DNA from: Balanoglossus misakiensis
Lineage: Eukaryota; Animalia; Hemichordata
Direction of reading: 5' to 3'
Length of the DNA stretch: 64,000 nt
Assembly: GCA_040954595.2 (NCBI GenBank)
Contig: CM082584.2
Coordinates: 9,133,061 to 9,197,060 of the forward strand
Shown: piece by piece, positions 40,801 through 54,131 of the stretch
Position numbering within the stretch: position 1 is the first letter of the stretch
Layout: each line of letters opens with the position of its first letter
The notes under the pieces: generated by a model
The model's input: the letters and a program-made list of their open reading frames with translations, nothing else
Databases searched by the model: none
What the model was told of the DNA's origin: nothing
Position numbers and translations under genes: made by a program

Positions 40801-43800
40801 TCAGTGGGTCTGTGTGTAGTTCTTGATAACATATTGATTTTCTCATCACACGCTGAGAGCCCACTGCCAACTCTCTCTTCATGATGTTCATCATGTTCAT
40901 CATCTACATATAAAGCAAGGGTGAGACTGGCTCTACATCATACTGTGGCAAAGTTTAAACCATTAATTCTAGGTTTGATTACATCCAAATTCCAGGAATT
41001 TCTACCAGTTTTCCATGATAGCTTTTGTTAAACAAATTTCAAATTTCAAGAGATTTTCTTGCTTGTTTCTTGTTGGTCTGTCTGCATGTATGAATATTAT
41101 CCACACATGTATGTATTGTGTGTATGCATGTACACTTGTCTGATACATGTATAGATGGATGTGGCTTTGTTATAGTATTTGAAAATATGTATTTATGGTT
41201 TATTATCATTCCTCATCACTGGACTACTGAAGACACAGCATGCTTAAAGATATTCAAAGCGAACAGGGATTAAATTCATGGATAAGGTTGGACTATAAGC
41301 GCCTGTATGACTATGGTGTTTGTGTGTGTTTGCAAGACAAACAAAACTTACTTTGTTTTGCATTGTTTGTAGTTGATGTGTTGCCCTGAGCAAGTGCGCT
41401 AGGTGTGGGATCAGGAAGCAGGTACTTCCTATGACAGCCATTAATCTGAAATGGTACAGAATTCAGAGAGAGCTGAAATCACCATGAATGTGGACGCAAC
41501 ATGGATGTTATTTGTACATGTGTGTGTAGTGATGCATCAGTTCTGTGTATTGTAATTATTGTACATCTCATCTTCTGTTCCATATTGCTGTAGACAAAAA
41601 CACTGCAACAATAATCATGGTCATTTTCAGCTTATAAGCATTGAAAATCAGTGGTGTGAGTGGATATATATTGTTATTCCATATGTCATGCTCAAAGCAA
41701 CAAGTTATGTCAAGTTACAAGTTGATTAAAATACCACTGTAATGAACACAATGCATAAAGATATTTGTGGTACCTCAACAGACAATGGGAGATCAACTAT
41801 TCAACAAAAAACATCTTCAAAACAAACATGATCAAACATGAATAATACTTTACACAGGATATTGAACCCAACATAGAACTATATTCTCTGAATTTTTGAC
41901 ATTTTTTCCCCTCTTGGACCTTACAAAACGACAGAAAGACAGAAGGAGAGACAAGCGCCAACTTGTATATTAGAACAAAACAGTGCAATGAAGAAAGAGC
42001 ATTGTTGCATGCATTGACAATACATGAGAACAGAGATTGACAAAGGAGGCTGGAGCAATACTTTTTCCTTAATTGATATCGTTAATCAGGGTCAGTGATC
42101 TAATACAGGTGCTTCTGTGATAAAGCGTGTACTTCTAAAGACTCTGTGAATAGCTTTCTGCCTACACAATTGACTTTTAACTTGTGCATAAAACATAAGG
42201 GGCAGGGGATGGACTTCCTGTCTGCACAATGGCACTGTGAAAATACATTCATCACTCAATTTTACGGAATCCAACTCAGTTGGGATGGCAAAGTTTGATT
42301 GCACACTTGCTTGAAACAAAGTGAAAGAGTGTGAGGAACTGAGATTAGACAAGAAATATGAGAATGATGAAACTAATAAGAACAGGTGTACATTATCTAC
42401 AGTGTGTTCTTACTAAGTTGTTTAAGGACAGTATTACAGTTATTTATGTATTCTCTCGTAGTATTTGTCTAAGATTTCCCCCCATGCACTCACTGGATAA
42501 AATTATCCCTGTGTACCACTACCCTGACCCTTACGGTGACCTAATAAATGACCTCTTTTGGAAGTTTTCGTCTGAGTTGGGTTCAAAAGGGCAGAGCTTT
42601 ATTTTCGTACGATATGGGATGCCACTGAAAACAGAGCAGTTGAATAAAGTTGTGCTGAAATCAGGGCTCAGAAATGACAAATTGGCCCATCCCCCCCCCC
42701 CCCTGCATTACAGTAATTGAATGCTGAGACAATCTACTGAGACCGTACGGCTATTCATGTCACGTGAATTGAGACTTACTCTGGCCATCATTGCACTGAA
42801 TATCTGATGCCCCGTCTGTCCTGGCGTGCAGAACGACATCGCCACATTGCCGCCGCAGATCGTCCTGCCCACCAATAAGCTGTGACCCTTCTCTGCATCT
42901 TCCGACTTGTCGAACTCCACCACCGCAAACGTCATCTCATCTTTGTTGACTCCTATTGCAACCTGGGATCACAGAAATAAAAAGGCAGTGAGAGAGAGAG
43001 ATATAGGACCGGTTCAGAGAATGTAGACATAACACATTTGTGCAGGAAAACACAACTACTAACTATAAAATGGGTATTCAACTTGTTGCTCCAACAGCAA
43101 AAAATGTTCTGAATTCTGTGCTTAACTACAGGTGATTTCAAGCACAGGCATATAATTGTTTTTCTATCTGAAGCAAAACTATGCAGTTCTAAATTCCTTT
43201 GCTTCCATATTCACAGCATATTGACACATGAAAGACCAAATACACAGCTGTTGGGTTTATTATGTTTTCATATTTATCAGATTAAAATAACGATACCGTA
43301 GGCCTCTGAATAGAGCAGTTTATAAAATCTACACCTTGTAAAGACAACAAACACCATGGTGCAATGCATACGTATCTCTTTACCCTTTTTTTCCTTCACA
43401 TTTTGAGGATGGAGATCCTGCTGTTTGTTTTACTGACTCACTGTCAGTTTGATGGTAGTTAGGTTGACATGGTACCACTTGAAATCAATGGTGACTATGG
43501 CAACAACTCATCCAGGCAGGGATAACTGCATGACTATGAGTACCACAATAGATACTTTTCACCAACAGATATATGTCAAGTGTATATAACAGATGTTGCA
43601 TTCATTACATACATTTTGACCTTTAGGACTGTCAGTATTGAAATGCAACCAAATAAGGAATTTATTATAGGTGTTGAAGTGTCAGGTGACCTTGACATAA
43701 TAGAATTTATTTCACTTGTATCAACCATTTTCATAATGCAAATGTCTTAAGTTTCAGACTTGTCATTAAATTCTCTACACTAGCTAGAATTGAAATACTG

Positions 43801-44159
43801 ACCTTGCAAAATCTTGGGTTGGCATTTTGACTGACAGCTTCCCTGAAGTCTTTGTCTGTGGTGTCCTTTGGTAGATATTCTACCAGCAAGCACTTGGAGT
43901 GTAGACTGGAAAAGGTGGTCAGACTGGGCACTGCCCAGTCTGTGTGCAGCACTTTGGTGCCTAGTTTCTTGCTAGCCAGCTCATTCCTGGCTTTCAGTGC
44001 TGATTCTGGAGAGGCAATAGAAAATTTGAAAATCATATTATTAACGAGCAGAGTAAAAAACACTTCATTTTATTGCCCTTTGCTCATGATGATGATGATG
44101 ATGATGGTGGTGGTGGAGGTGGTGGTAGTTGTATTGTTTTTGTTGGTAATGGTGGTGGT

Positions 44160-44225
<66 letters not shown>

Positions 44226-47200
44226 GGTTAAAGTAACCTTAGCAACAGTGTAGAGCTGTAAAACTCTAGACCTGCTTTAAAATCTGCACAACTTCTATAG
44301 TAGAGAATCTAGAATTCGCTGTTTCGTGTGTTTAGAAACCATTGCACAGTTAAAATCTTCAAATGCTAAATACAACTCAATCCAATGCATAAAACATAAC
44401 TGGTGTTTCTGTTATTCCCTTTTTAAGTCCCCAGCTTAGAGTTGAGATTTGTATGAAATAATATATAAAGAAAATCTTGTGATACATACAGCCACCCTTT
44501 TAAGAGTTCACATTATCACCATCAATTGCCGGAAGTCTCAGACTGTTTCATCTTTTCAGTTCAGCCGATGGAAAACAAGACTCTTAAAACATTTCATAAA
44601 TAAAACCACAGCTTCTAAGTGAAATTTACTGCAGGGCAAAATGCATGTGCAATAAAAGCCCCTCTTTATATCGGAAAAAGAATCCTCTCACCTGTGTTTT
44701 CATATTCAACAAATCCATATCCTTTACTGTGGCCTGTATTCTCACTATAGATGAGAAAACATCTATGCACAGTACCATATGACTTCACTAAATCTTCAAA
44801 TTCTTGATGGGTGAAATTCAACGGAAGATTCATGATGCATATAACTTCCAACGGTGGCATCCGTACCAGTATTTTGTTGTCCCGGTGCGTTGTGTTATTG
44901 AGTTTCTCGATGGCTTTGCTGGCGTCATCTCCACTTTCTAGCGTCACTTGAGCTGTGGTGTGAAAAAAAAGATTGGTCAAATTAAAGGCACTGCATGCCG
45001 ACAACAGATTTCACGAAATTACTGTAAAGTATCTACATGTCTACATTTTAATGTATTTTACAGTTTATTATCACGTCGTTTACAACTGTGCTAACAATAT
45101 AGCTATTCCACTTCATGTCATATTGTTCTTGCTGTCTTCCACACACAGTGTTGGATTGTGGGATTTCTATAATATGGATTACAAGAAACCCCTATGAAAT
45201 TAACGGAATGTACATTGTATGTATGGAGTACATCTAACTGCAATCATTTTTCAATTATATTCCCAATAACCAGCAAATGCATTCAGGCAGAAGTGTCAGT
45301 ATTAGACTGAGCAATATGCAATTTTAATGAAAACAAGGATAAGCACGTATGGCAGTTTCCAATTTCTAGTCTGAATAACAAATATACTGGTATACAATGT
45401 ATAAGACTTAGCCCATTTGCAGTGTTTCAAGTGCCTTTGACCGAGTTGACATCATGGCACAATCATGTACATGTACTGTTGCACTGTACAATGGTAGAGC
45501 TTGTTTTAAATCCTCAAACGCAGCTACAGTTGTATTAAAAAGTAGTCATTTATCAAAACGAACAACTGTATGTATATATGTATCATGTATGACCATATAC
45601 AATCGTGTGTCATGACAGTGCATATTTGATCAACAGTATCATTAATGCACATCTAAGTTACTCATCATCACTTGTTTACTTATGATATAATATTATAAGC
45701 AAATTTATCAAAACAGCTGAATTTTCTTACATTTTTTCTCACACTATCTTTTCATATATAACATCTTCATAAAATACATTTGTATTACTTTTATACACAC
45801 AAGGAATTGATACTTGTAAATCTATTAATATTATTTCACTTGTTTGCCAAGGTTTAACTTCTCCCCTCCCCAACTTAAATCCACCTTTAAAGGAAAACCT
45901 TGGACAGACTGGTGTTTTCATGTATGTCTATTATAAAAACACTTCCCTAAAATGGAACAACTGATTACACATCTGAAAATCTCAATTCTCTCTTTTCTTC
46001 CAAAGGTTGTGCAAGACAAGTTGGCTCAGCAGGAGATGAGTCGATACTCAACACAAGTACCTGCAGGGTGTCATCACAAATCAATTCTTAAAGCTTCTCC
46101 AAGAGGTTTTCATCGTCATCATTTTCACCAGAGATAATCATAAATCCTGGCTCATCATGTGGGGGTGACCTTTACTGGGAATGCGTATGCTTTGTGGAAA
46201 AGCTCTTGACGGAAGGGATTATGAGTGATGAGAAGTAGAACGGATATAGACGCTAGGGAAGCGTGTAATACTTGACTGCATTATACAATATACATGAATG
46301 TTTTACAAGATGTATGGACTTGCTGTCGTGACAGATCTAAGCTTCTCCAAGCTCCTTCGATGAAGAATGGCCAATAAGGTGTACTTCCTTGTACACTAAC
46401 CTAGGCACCCCTAAGGAGAACTTGTTTATGATGTATAGAATCAGTACATCATTCATATTTTGTGCTACATATTAGCACGCTGAAATCCAGTAAGAAAATC
46501 CACCATTCTGTAACAGTGTGTACTATGTACCAGAGAATTAATTTCAGTTCAAGGATGTGAAGTGAAACCAAGATTATCCGGCCTTGTATTTTCCATGTAC
46601 ATGTATGTGTGCCATATCTCTACAGGTACATTGTACACTGACAATCACTGTTCTACTCCATATGTTAGCCATGAAACCATACATTTGGGGAACTTCATTC
46701 AAAACTGCCATCTGCCACCAGATAATCCTATAGGTTTATAGCCAAACTGCCATACATGCACAAACACATGTACAGCGCACCAATCTATGGACGGCAGGTT
46801 AATATCTTGTAATCGGTGCAATCTTCCCCTTTTGAACACCCAACCCTGCCTGCATTATTTCAAACTGAAACTGTATGTCCATGACCATAATAGACACAAA
46901 AGGGTTCAGAGAAGCGCTGCCGTCTGATTTCTTATCACTTTTTAGTTACCATGGAAAATTGAGACTGTTAGGAAATGACAGACAATGACGCTTGTGTGAT
47001 GCCACTGTTTGCAATCAGTGTATGCTGGACGGAATATAAATTTAACGGAAGAGATTTCAGTGCGCCGATGCTCGAGTATAAAAGAGATTTTTATCTACGC
47101 TCTCATGCCTCAAACAGATAAGTAAATGAAAACTACAGGTTACAATACATGTACAATACCCAGCATAAGGAACATATCCAACAGAGGCATAAAAAACGGA

Positions 47201-50200
47201 ACATACAATGTATGACAGATCTACACAATACTGCTTAACGCCAGTTTTCACTTGTATAATGACTGTCGCGAAAGTAGTCAAGAAAATTACACTGAGTCCT
47301 AAATTTCATTTGTACATTCCTCAGAGGAATTGGTGTAATCAAACAGCTCTGATTGGCTGTTTGTTTGTTTGATTATACATTTAATTTGCGAAAGCTGCCA
47401 ATTAAGGATTCCCTTTCCACATTCATCACCTTATATTGAATTTTTCCTGTTCACGTGTGAACCGTATCCCTTGGCAACTGTTTAAATTCCTCATTATCGC
47501 AACACAGTTCCTTCTTGGGTAATTTGGGTACGTCTGATTGGATGAAAATTCCACTTCACTTGTTATTGTGCCTGGTAGAGTCACAAATGCTACTAATTTA
47601 CACATATGAAATTATTCTCCACAGTTCAACGTACACTGTACTACGCAAACCATTGCTACATGTAGATAAAAGTTTCAAATTTAATTGTTTTATCAAACTC
47701 TTCATGTATTTATTATTTGTAACCCTCCAAAAATGATGCTGGATTGGCTAGCACACCAAGATTCAAAAGAACAGAACTAACCACTGAACAACGCGACTTC
47801 ACGGTATGCACCAAATGATCAACTTTTAATCAATTTAAATAATTAATCAGATTCTCTTTTATCGGTCGTAAACTGTGAAGGATAGAGACAGCTTTGCAAA
47901 ACAAATGTTTGTCTTCCTGTCGTCAATTATTCATGAGAATGAGACAATGAGGAGGGAGGACAATGAGGAATAAGACAATGCTTTGACTATTGTAACCTGG
48001 GTAATCCAAACAAACATGACCAATTATCATACAAACTGTACATGTACATCATTACATGTTCAAGTCCAGGCAAGAAATTATTATTTTAAGGGGGAAGGAT
48101 TAAAGCTACAGGTAAATTTTAGTACATGGGAACTTTTTTCTACAAAACGGAAACTGCAAAACTGAATGATTGTAGTAGTTTTATCGTTTCCTACTTAGCC
48201 AAAAAAGCCATTTCTACCCTGACCCTTAGAGAAAACTCAGCATATTGCCTTGCCTATTGACAGCAAACGATTGAGTCAATTTGCTTTTCTTGCTTCCGGT
48301 TTTATCAATTTTCCATGCATTAAGAGCAATCTGTAAATTGCTGGAGAGGGAACTGGTACTAGTGGGAGATTGTCTTTGGACAAACAGAACAGCTCGATAA
48401 TGTTACAGAGAATCTGTCCTCTGGGAAAATGCACATGAGCTTATTGGAGTCCGTTATGCAGTCTTCACGACTGAGCAAAATATTCCCAGTAGGACAAAAC
48501 AGTGTGTGCTCAAAACAACCACATATACCACCTGCAGTTTACTTGCATGGTAATCATTTTGATAATTTTCCGATCATATTCTTAGTAATTTTCTATTTAA
48601 AAAATATCAGAAAAGATGCGTTTCTTTCACATGTTTTGATTTTATTAAACTTGTCTAACTGGGAAAATTACTCTTTTATTAATTTTGTCTTTTTTACCTT
48701 ACAGTACACATACTCTACTCTTGAGAAAGGGTTGGGATTTGGCCAGGCCTAGTTTGAAAATCTTAAATGAAACAGTATGCCACTTATGAACTTTGACAGG
48801 ACCCTACAGTGACCACATCTTTTCCTAATTTTCTGGTTTTGCATTTCTCTCTCTATTTTTCATTTTACAGCAAGACAAATAAATCCCACATGTATTGACT
48901 CAAATGAAATTGCTTTTTTTTTTCTCGTAAAATTTAGGTCAAGTGAGAAAGTGTTTCAGCCAGTTTAGTAACCACAAACAAAAATGTGCTGGTTAGGACT
49001 AACAGAAGATTGCTGTGGAAGATTTTGAGTACAGATTTGAAATATGAACATTTTTTTCTACAGTCATAACACAGAATGTTTGTATGACCTTACTGGTTTC
49101 TGTCAACAAGATAGAGGCATATATGTACGCATCTGTACTCTGTAGTGATAGCAACCATTCTGCTCACAGGCCGATTGGTTGTCGTTTTATTTTCGCTCAG
49201 TGCCAGCTGTTCTGGACTTCCCAGATTCATTCAAAATGTGCACAGAATATAATGCCATCTGCGACGGGTTGTTATCCCACTACATGTACAACATCAACAG
49301 TAGGCAAGTGAAACAAACCTGTTGTGTTTTCTGCCTAGGGGGAAATGATAGAGTCATCATATGTCACTTATGATTCAGTATCCAAAATTCACACAACATC
49401 ACATTTACATGATTACAACACCAGACCAGAAAAAAGTGCTGAAATGTACATAAATCAGTACATTATACAACAGACTTATGACAGGCAATGATTTTCATAG
49501 TAGAAGGCGAATCTCTACAGTCTGTGATAAAACTGACATGTACACTACAGATGTACTGTATACCCACGCGTATATTTCATTGAAATGGATTCACTCCATT
49601 TGAGTATCAGCTTCCCTCGCTTTCAACACATCATCCTATTACACTCTAGAGAACAATATACAACCAGATATTTTTTTTCCGCATTGGCTCTGACTGAGCC
49701 TACTCTCTAGTGCCTGCTTAATTTTTCTCCCTCCTGCATAGAGGATTTCGCTCTTTCATGCAGTTCCACTTCAGTAAGCGTAGCAAGCCAATTTTCTCTG
49801 CGAGGGATTTACTACTATTTGCACAGTGATGCCATCTGTGTAACTGGCGCTGAATAACAAATCCCTACGAGATGCAGCTGACACAAGGATCGCTCATATC
49901 GCTGCCAACTCTACAGGCCTCAATGTTGGATATTACAAATAAATCCTTCAGAGTTGGAATATATCAGCCTCTCGTGATCCATTTACAAACTGAACGAACA
50001 ATTTAAATGATGTGACTGCATGGCTTCACTTATGAATGTACCGTGAAATCAATTCCAACAGATCAGATACATTGCTAATGTGATCATAAAAATTTACGCT
50101 TATCGATACACCTGAGTGTGTGAGTGTGTGTTTGTGTGTATGCATTCGATGTAGGTAAAAACATTGATCCAAAAGGGCAAAGGCTAACTTGCACAGTTCT

Positions 50201-52526
50201 GACCATGCTACCATGGTTACCTATTGAATGTATGCACGGACTACATGCTGGTATACATGTACTTTATTATTGGTAGCATGATATTATCTAAACCTTCAAA
50301 ACTCACATGTCCATCTTCCCTGTTAAAAAATTTCATTTCCCCAAACTGTTCACTGGAACAAGTTTTTGTGAAAGCAAGTTGATTAACGTCAAGATAAATA
50401 TTTGAAAGGAAAACAAAGGACTGATAACAGCAATTTAATAAGTGAAAAAGAGTGATTGTGGATTTAAAATTGTCAACATTAGTAAGTCAGCCTTAGTTAA
50501 AGTCCATACGGCTGCATCCTTTTGCCATGTTGTTAACCAAATATGCCATCCAATTTTGTGAGATTGGATTCCAATCATTAAGCCTACCATACTGCATTTG
50601 CAAATGTTATTAATTCAATCCTTGTGAATGAATTGGGTTGAACAAATTCAGCCACGTACAATGTAAGCCTGTTTGTGTATCTCACTGGCAGCCACCATAT
50701 ACATTATGACTTGCATATTGTAAATAATTTATTTGTTAAAATCTAAGTTGCTGCCAGTGTTTGAAAACTTGCCTGAAGTCAGATTTTGCTAAGCTTTTTT
50801 TTTAGATAACTCATTTCTCATTCTAAAGCACTCACGTTTCATTTTGTTCATAAGCAGTTAATTTTAAGTACCACACCTTTTTAAATAGTGTCGGTACCTT
50901 ATATTCAAGGGGACATCATACAATTATATGACAACACAAAGAATGAAAAGTATCAGAATTCATAATTCAATTGTTTGTCATTTCTTTTGGCCATTTAAAT
51001 AAAGCATGTTCAAACAAATTCGGAACTTTCAATCACCACAAAGAATTTTATCTGACCATCTTTCAAAAACACCTGTAGAATTTTCAATACATACAGATAT
51101 TTTACAGTATTGTTAATAGCAAACATGTACATGTATAAACAACGTCAATTTCTATCCTCTGGAGGAATCATGAGCTTACAGCAACATGACCCCGTCCAAT
51201 ATGATAGTGGCTTCTATATGAAAAATGAAAATATAAATTTAAGGATAACATCAGCAATGATGTATGTACACATTTACATGTCTGCACTATGAAAATACCT
51301 GTTGATAAATGGATTTATTAAATGGTGCGGAATACTAAGTACAGAAGACAGCAAACACATACATGTATGTTTACTGTCATTCTGTGACTATGTGGCTACA
51401 CTAATAATTACTACATCTCTAAATCATTGAGGAATCAATTACCTTTTCTTTTACTGCCTTCTATTTCAATCTGCCTCACTGCAAAACCAGTCAGCAGTTC
51501 TTCTAAATTCTAGTTGATGGGAAGGGTAACAGCAGGAGAAAAAAAGTTGAGTGAGTGGTTATAATGATGCATTGTTTTCATTAAAAGCGAATCAGCAGGA
51601 CATCAAAAGGCTTCAAACAATACGGGCTTTTCTTTTGTTCGGTTCGACCACTGGACAAAATAATTATATACGCGATGCAAAGGCATTCAGCCAGAAATAC
51701 CAGAACACCGTCACGGGCAGGTCAAACTGTTTTTTCCTTAATCATCATCATTCACACGGTGGAAATTTATAAGATAGAGCGATATGATCACTATCCAGAA
51801 TGTCACCGTAGGCTTTGCTGTTGATCTGCATTCAGATCACGCTGATAAATCAACAATGAAAAGGCTGCAACGTGTGTGTACGTACAGTGTACAGCTTCGG
51901 ATTCCCAATCGATTGTATCGGTGCTGGTATTAAATGATTATGAGTAACCAACGACACAGGGAAAATTAAATTAGATTCAACGTAATGTAATTCTGTTTTC
52001 TCTTGCAGTTTCTGATATGCTTCTTGTTACGACAGACCGTGGAAGGAAACTCTCGAACAAGACTTTGTTTTCAACATGTGTACATGTACATTACAACAAA
52101 AGATAAACAGTACGCACATTGACGACTAAACTTACAACTTAACAAATCGATGTTCAAAATCATAGATCGAACATTTTCGATTGCTTTCATAAAACAGGCT
52201 GACAAGTCTCTTGGACTATATTGTGAATGTTGTATACACGTGAGTTAAGCAAAATAAAATAGTTAATTTACCTCTTTTGAAACGTTTGGTGGTAAGTTTT
52301 CGATAACAACCCGTCGTCGGTTACTAAACTCATGTTTTGATCTAGACAGTAAAGCAGTCTTCTCATCTTCTGAAAGGCTGACCGGAGGCACCTCTTCTTT
52401 CCGAACAGAATCTACTTTCTCCTGGGTTTCGCCAGCACTTTGGGGTCCTTTTTCTGTCATAATCCCGTTTTTACGTACGAGGTTGTCTACGTTTAGTTTG
52501 AACACTGGCGCAACAGGCGCCGCCAT
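34900..52526 (-). CDS. RAVER1: Ribonucleoprotein PTB-binding (RAVER1/2 homolog), 3 RRMs plus a long low-complexity C-terminus, up to 13 coding exons
   Basis: Exons: 52272-52526, 51443-51509, 44692-44952, 43803-44005, 42780-42962, 41352-41445, 40122-40258, 38413-39549 (possibly alternative), 37624-38253, 37346-37447, 35801-35995, 35263-35460, 34900-35052; phases are consistent. Motifs: [55 protein letters not shown]-binding [14 protein letters not shown], and C-terminal [36 protein letters not shown]. Likely a single pro-ortholog of RAVER1 and RAVER2. Confidence 0.93.
40337..40380 (+). mobile_element. Possible single terminal fragment of a TA-targeting (pogo/Tc1-mariner-like) MITE
   Basis: TA|CAGTCAAACCAGTGTTAGAGACCACCTCT resembles CAGT-starting termini of pogo-type MITEs. 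No clear partner TIR lies nearby. Confidence 0.3.
44086..44226. repeat. Compound (ATG)n/(GTG)n microsatellite in RAVER intron 3
   Basis: (ATG)~7, then a GGT-rich stretch, then ~22 perfect ATG units at 44160-44225. Confidence 0.97.
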
Positions 52527-52580
52527 TTTGAACTAAAATCTCCCGTGGTGCACTGCTAACTACTTTATAACCTTTGACCG
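52519..52580 (-). promoter_or_regulatory. RAVER proximal promoter motifs
   Basis: YY1-type CAAAATGGCGGC overlaps the start codon. A ZNF143/Staf-like CTCCCGTGGTGCACTGC lies at ~52539-52556 and a DR1-like GGTCAAAGGTTA (- strand) at ~52568-52579. Confidence 0.4.
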
Positions 52581-53680
52581 AACACTTCATCCAATGACAG
52601 ACCACCTGTTAACATGATTTTGAACATGTTCTGGATTTAATTAAAACGTTTCTGATTTTTTTAGTTGTTGTATAACGACTCTATTCATATGGTACATCCT
52701 GTTGTATTCACCAAACTTTGGTAAAAAGACAACGCGTGAATTCGTATGGGTTGTTTAGATTAAGACGGAGGTGATTATCAAGACGGGGTGAAAAAAAAAC
52801 CATAATGAATCAAAACCATTAGGAAAAAAAACGCGAACACACTGGCCAATTTATGATACAAGGACTGTGTAAAGTAGATTTGCGGATTTACTACAAATTT
52901 GGCATTTCAGGAATATCGCGATCTCCCATAGAAAAGTGTACGGTATGTACCGCCCGGATGCATGGGCCACGTTTTTACAAAAAGACACAAATTTCGCACT
53001 AGTTTCGGTTACATTAAATTCGTATAGATCTTAGTACATTTCGTGGATCGACGGACAAAAAAAGTATTTGTTTATGCGATGAGCATGATGAGGTTTTAGC
53101 AAGTGCGGCTTGGATCTTTTTTAGTAACTTTTTAGGAACTTTGGATGCATCCCAGAGCGTTCATACTAAACTTTTTGGTCATAAGGTGACATTGCCAATC
53201 TCTGGGTTCTTGAAAAGGGGCTATTCTCGCGGTAAACCAACGCGAAATAAGAAGAGGGAAAAACTGAGAGGTACAATGAGAAAACTGAAAACACACTTTG
53301 ATTTGTTATTTCATCTTGACTTTTCGTTCTGCCAGGCCAGTGTTTTAGTCGTTTTCGGCACTTGAGGGCGCTACCAGTGGGAGCACATTTTTCACCGTCC
53401 TTCGTACTTCGAGATCTTCCGAAATGAGTTGACACATTTATGGTCATCTCAAAACGCGACCACACTGATCATTTCCATGAATGACTGTGGTTTCTAAGAT
53501 TCTGTAGTTTGTCAACCGTGGAAGATATATGTTGTATGGTTTGACAAATAGCGGCTACTTATGATCCACGATTTCAGTGTCGAGTGGCCAAAACATGTGC
53601 AGTCGAAGATGCTTTATCTCATTCTGCGGGATGACGTTTGCGAGCCGGGGGTGCTCTAGATAAGCTCTGAATTCAGAAGA

Positions 53681-54131
53681 TTATGAGGTTATTACGAAAA
53701 TACCGCAAAGTATGCACGAGGACATTAGCGCTGAGTATCGCCCGACGCGTAGCGGAGGGCGATGCGCTGCGCTAATGTCCGAGTGCATACTTTGCGGTAT
53801 TTTCGTAATAACCTTATTATTATACATCTTACATCTCCGTTAGTTCTTGTTTTGCATGTTACTTGGCTTTCAAAACGCCCAAAATGCCGATACAATCGAT
53901 CGAAAACCGCTCAGTGAGCAGCCATCTTTCTTTTTTGTTTACGTACGTGCGCGTGCGTTTGAACGGGGGCACCTTGAAACCGTCCGCAAAACAACGCATA
54001 CCTGTACACGGTGAGTTTGGGGCGCCTTGAAACTAAGGCTTATTTAACGCGCGTTCCGTACGTACCGTTCCGTACGGCTTTTTATTGCACGCCAAAATCT
54101 ATTGTTCTCGGCACTAGATGTATAATAATAA
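53681..54131. mobile_element. ~450-bp non-autonomous element with a long palindrome and an internal region complementary to both termini (tyrosine-recombinase/Crypton-like architecture suspected)
   Basis: Perfect 32-bp inverted repeat 53686-53717/53783-53814, continued inward by 12-bp and 7-bp stems. A second perfect 16-bp inverted repeat lies at 53814-53829/54116-54131. The segment is CpG-rich and has no coding capacity. Confidence 0.6.

Noticed and set aside
43852-44163. ORF with poly-Met/poly-Val resembling a membrane protein
   Set aside because: It is the antisense of a RAVER exon plus translation of the ATG/GTG microsatellite.
50683-50759. Inverted repeat CACTGGCAGC/GCTGCCAGTG
   Set aside because: Only 10 bp, with no clear TSD or extended stem. 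It could be chance or an unrecognisable MITE remnant.
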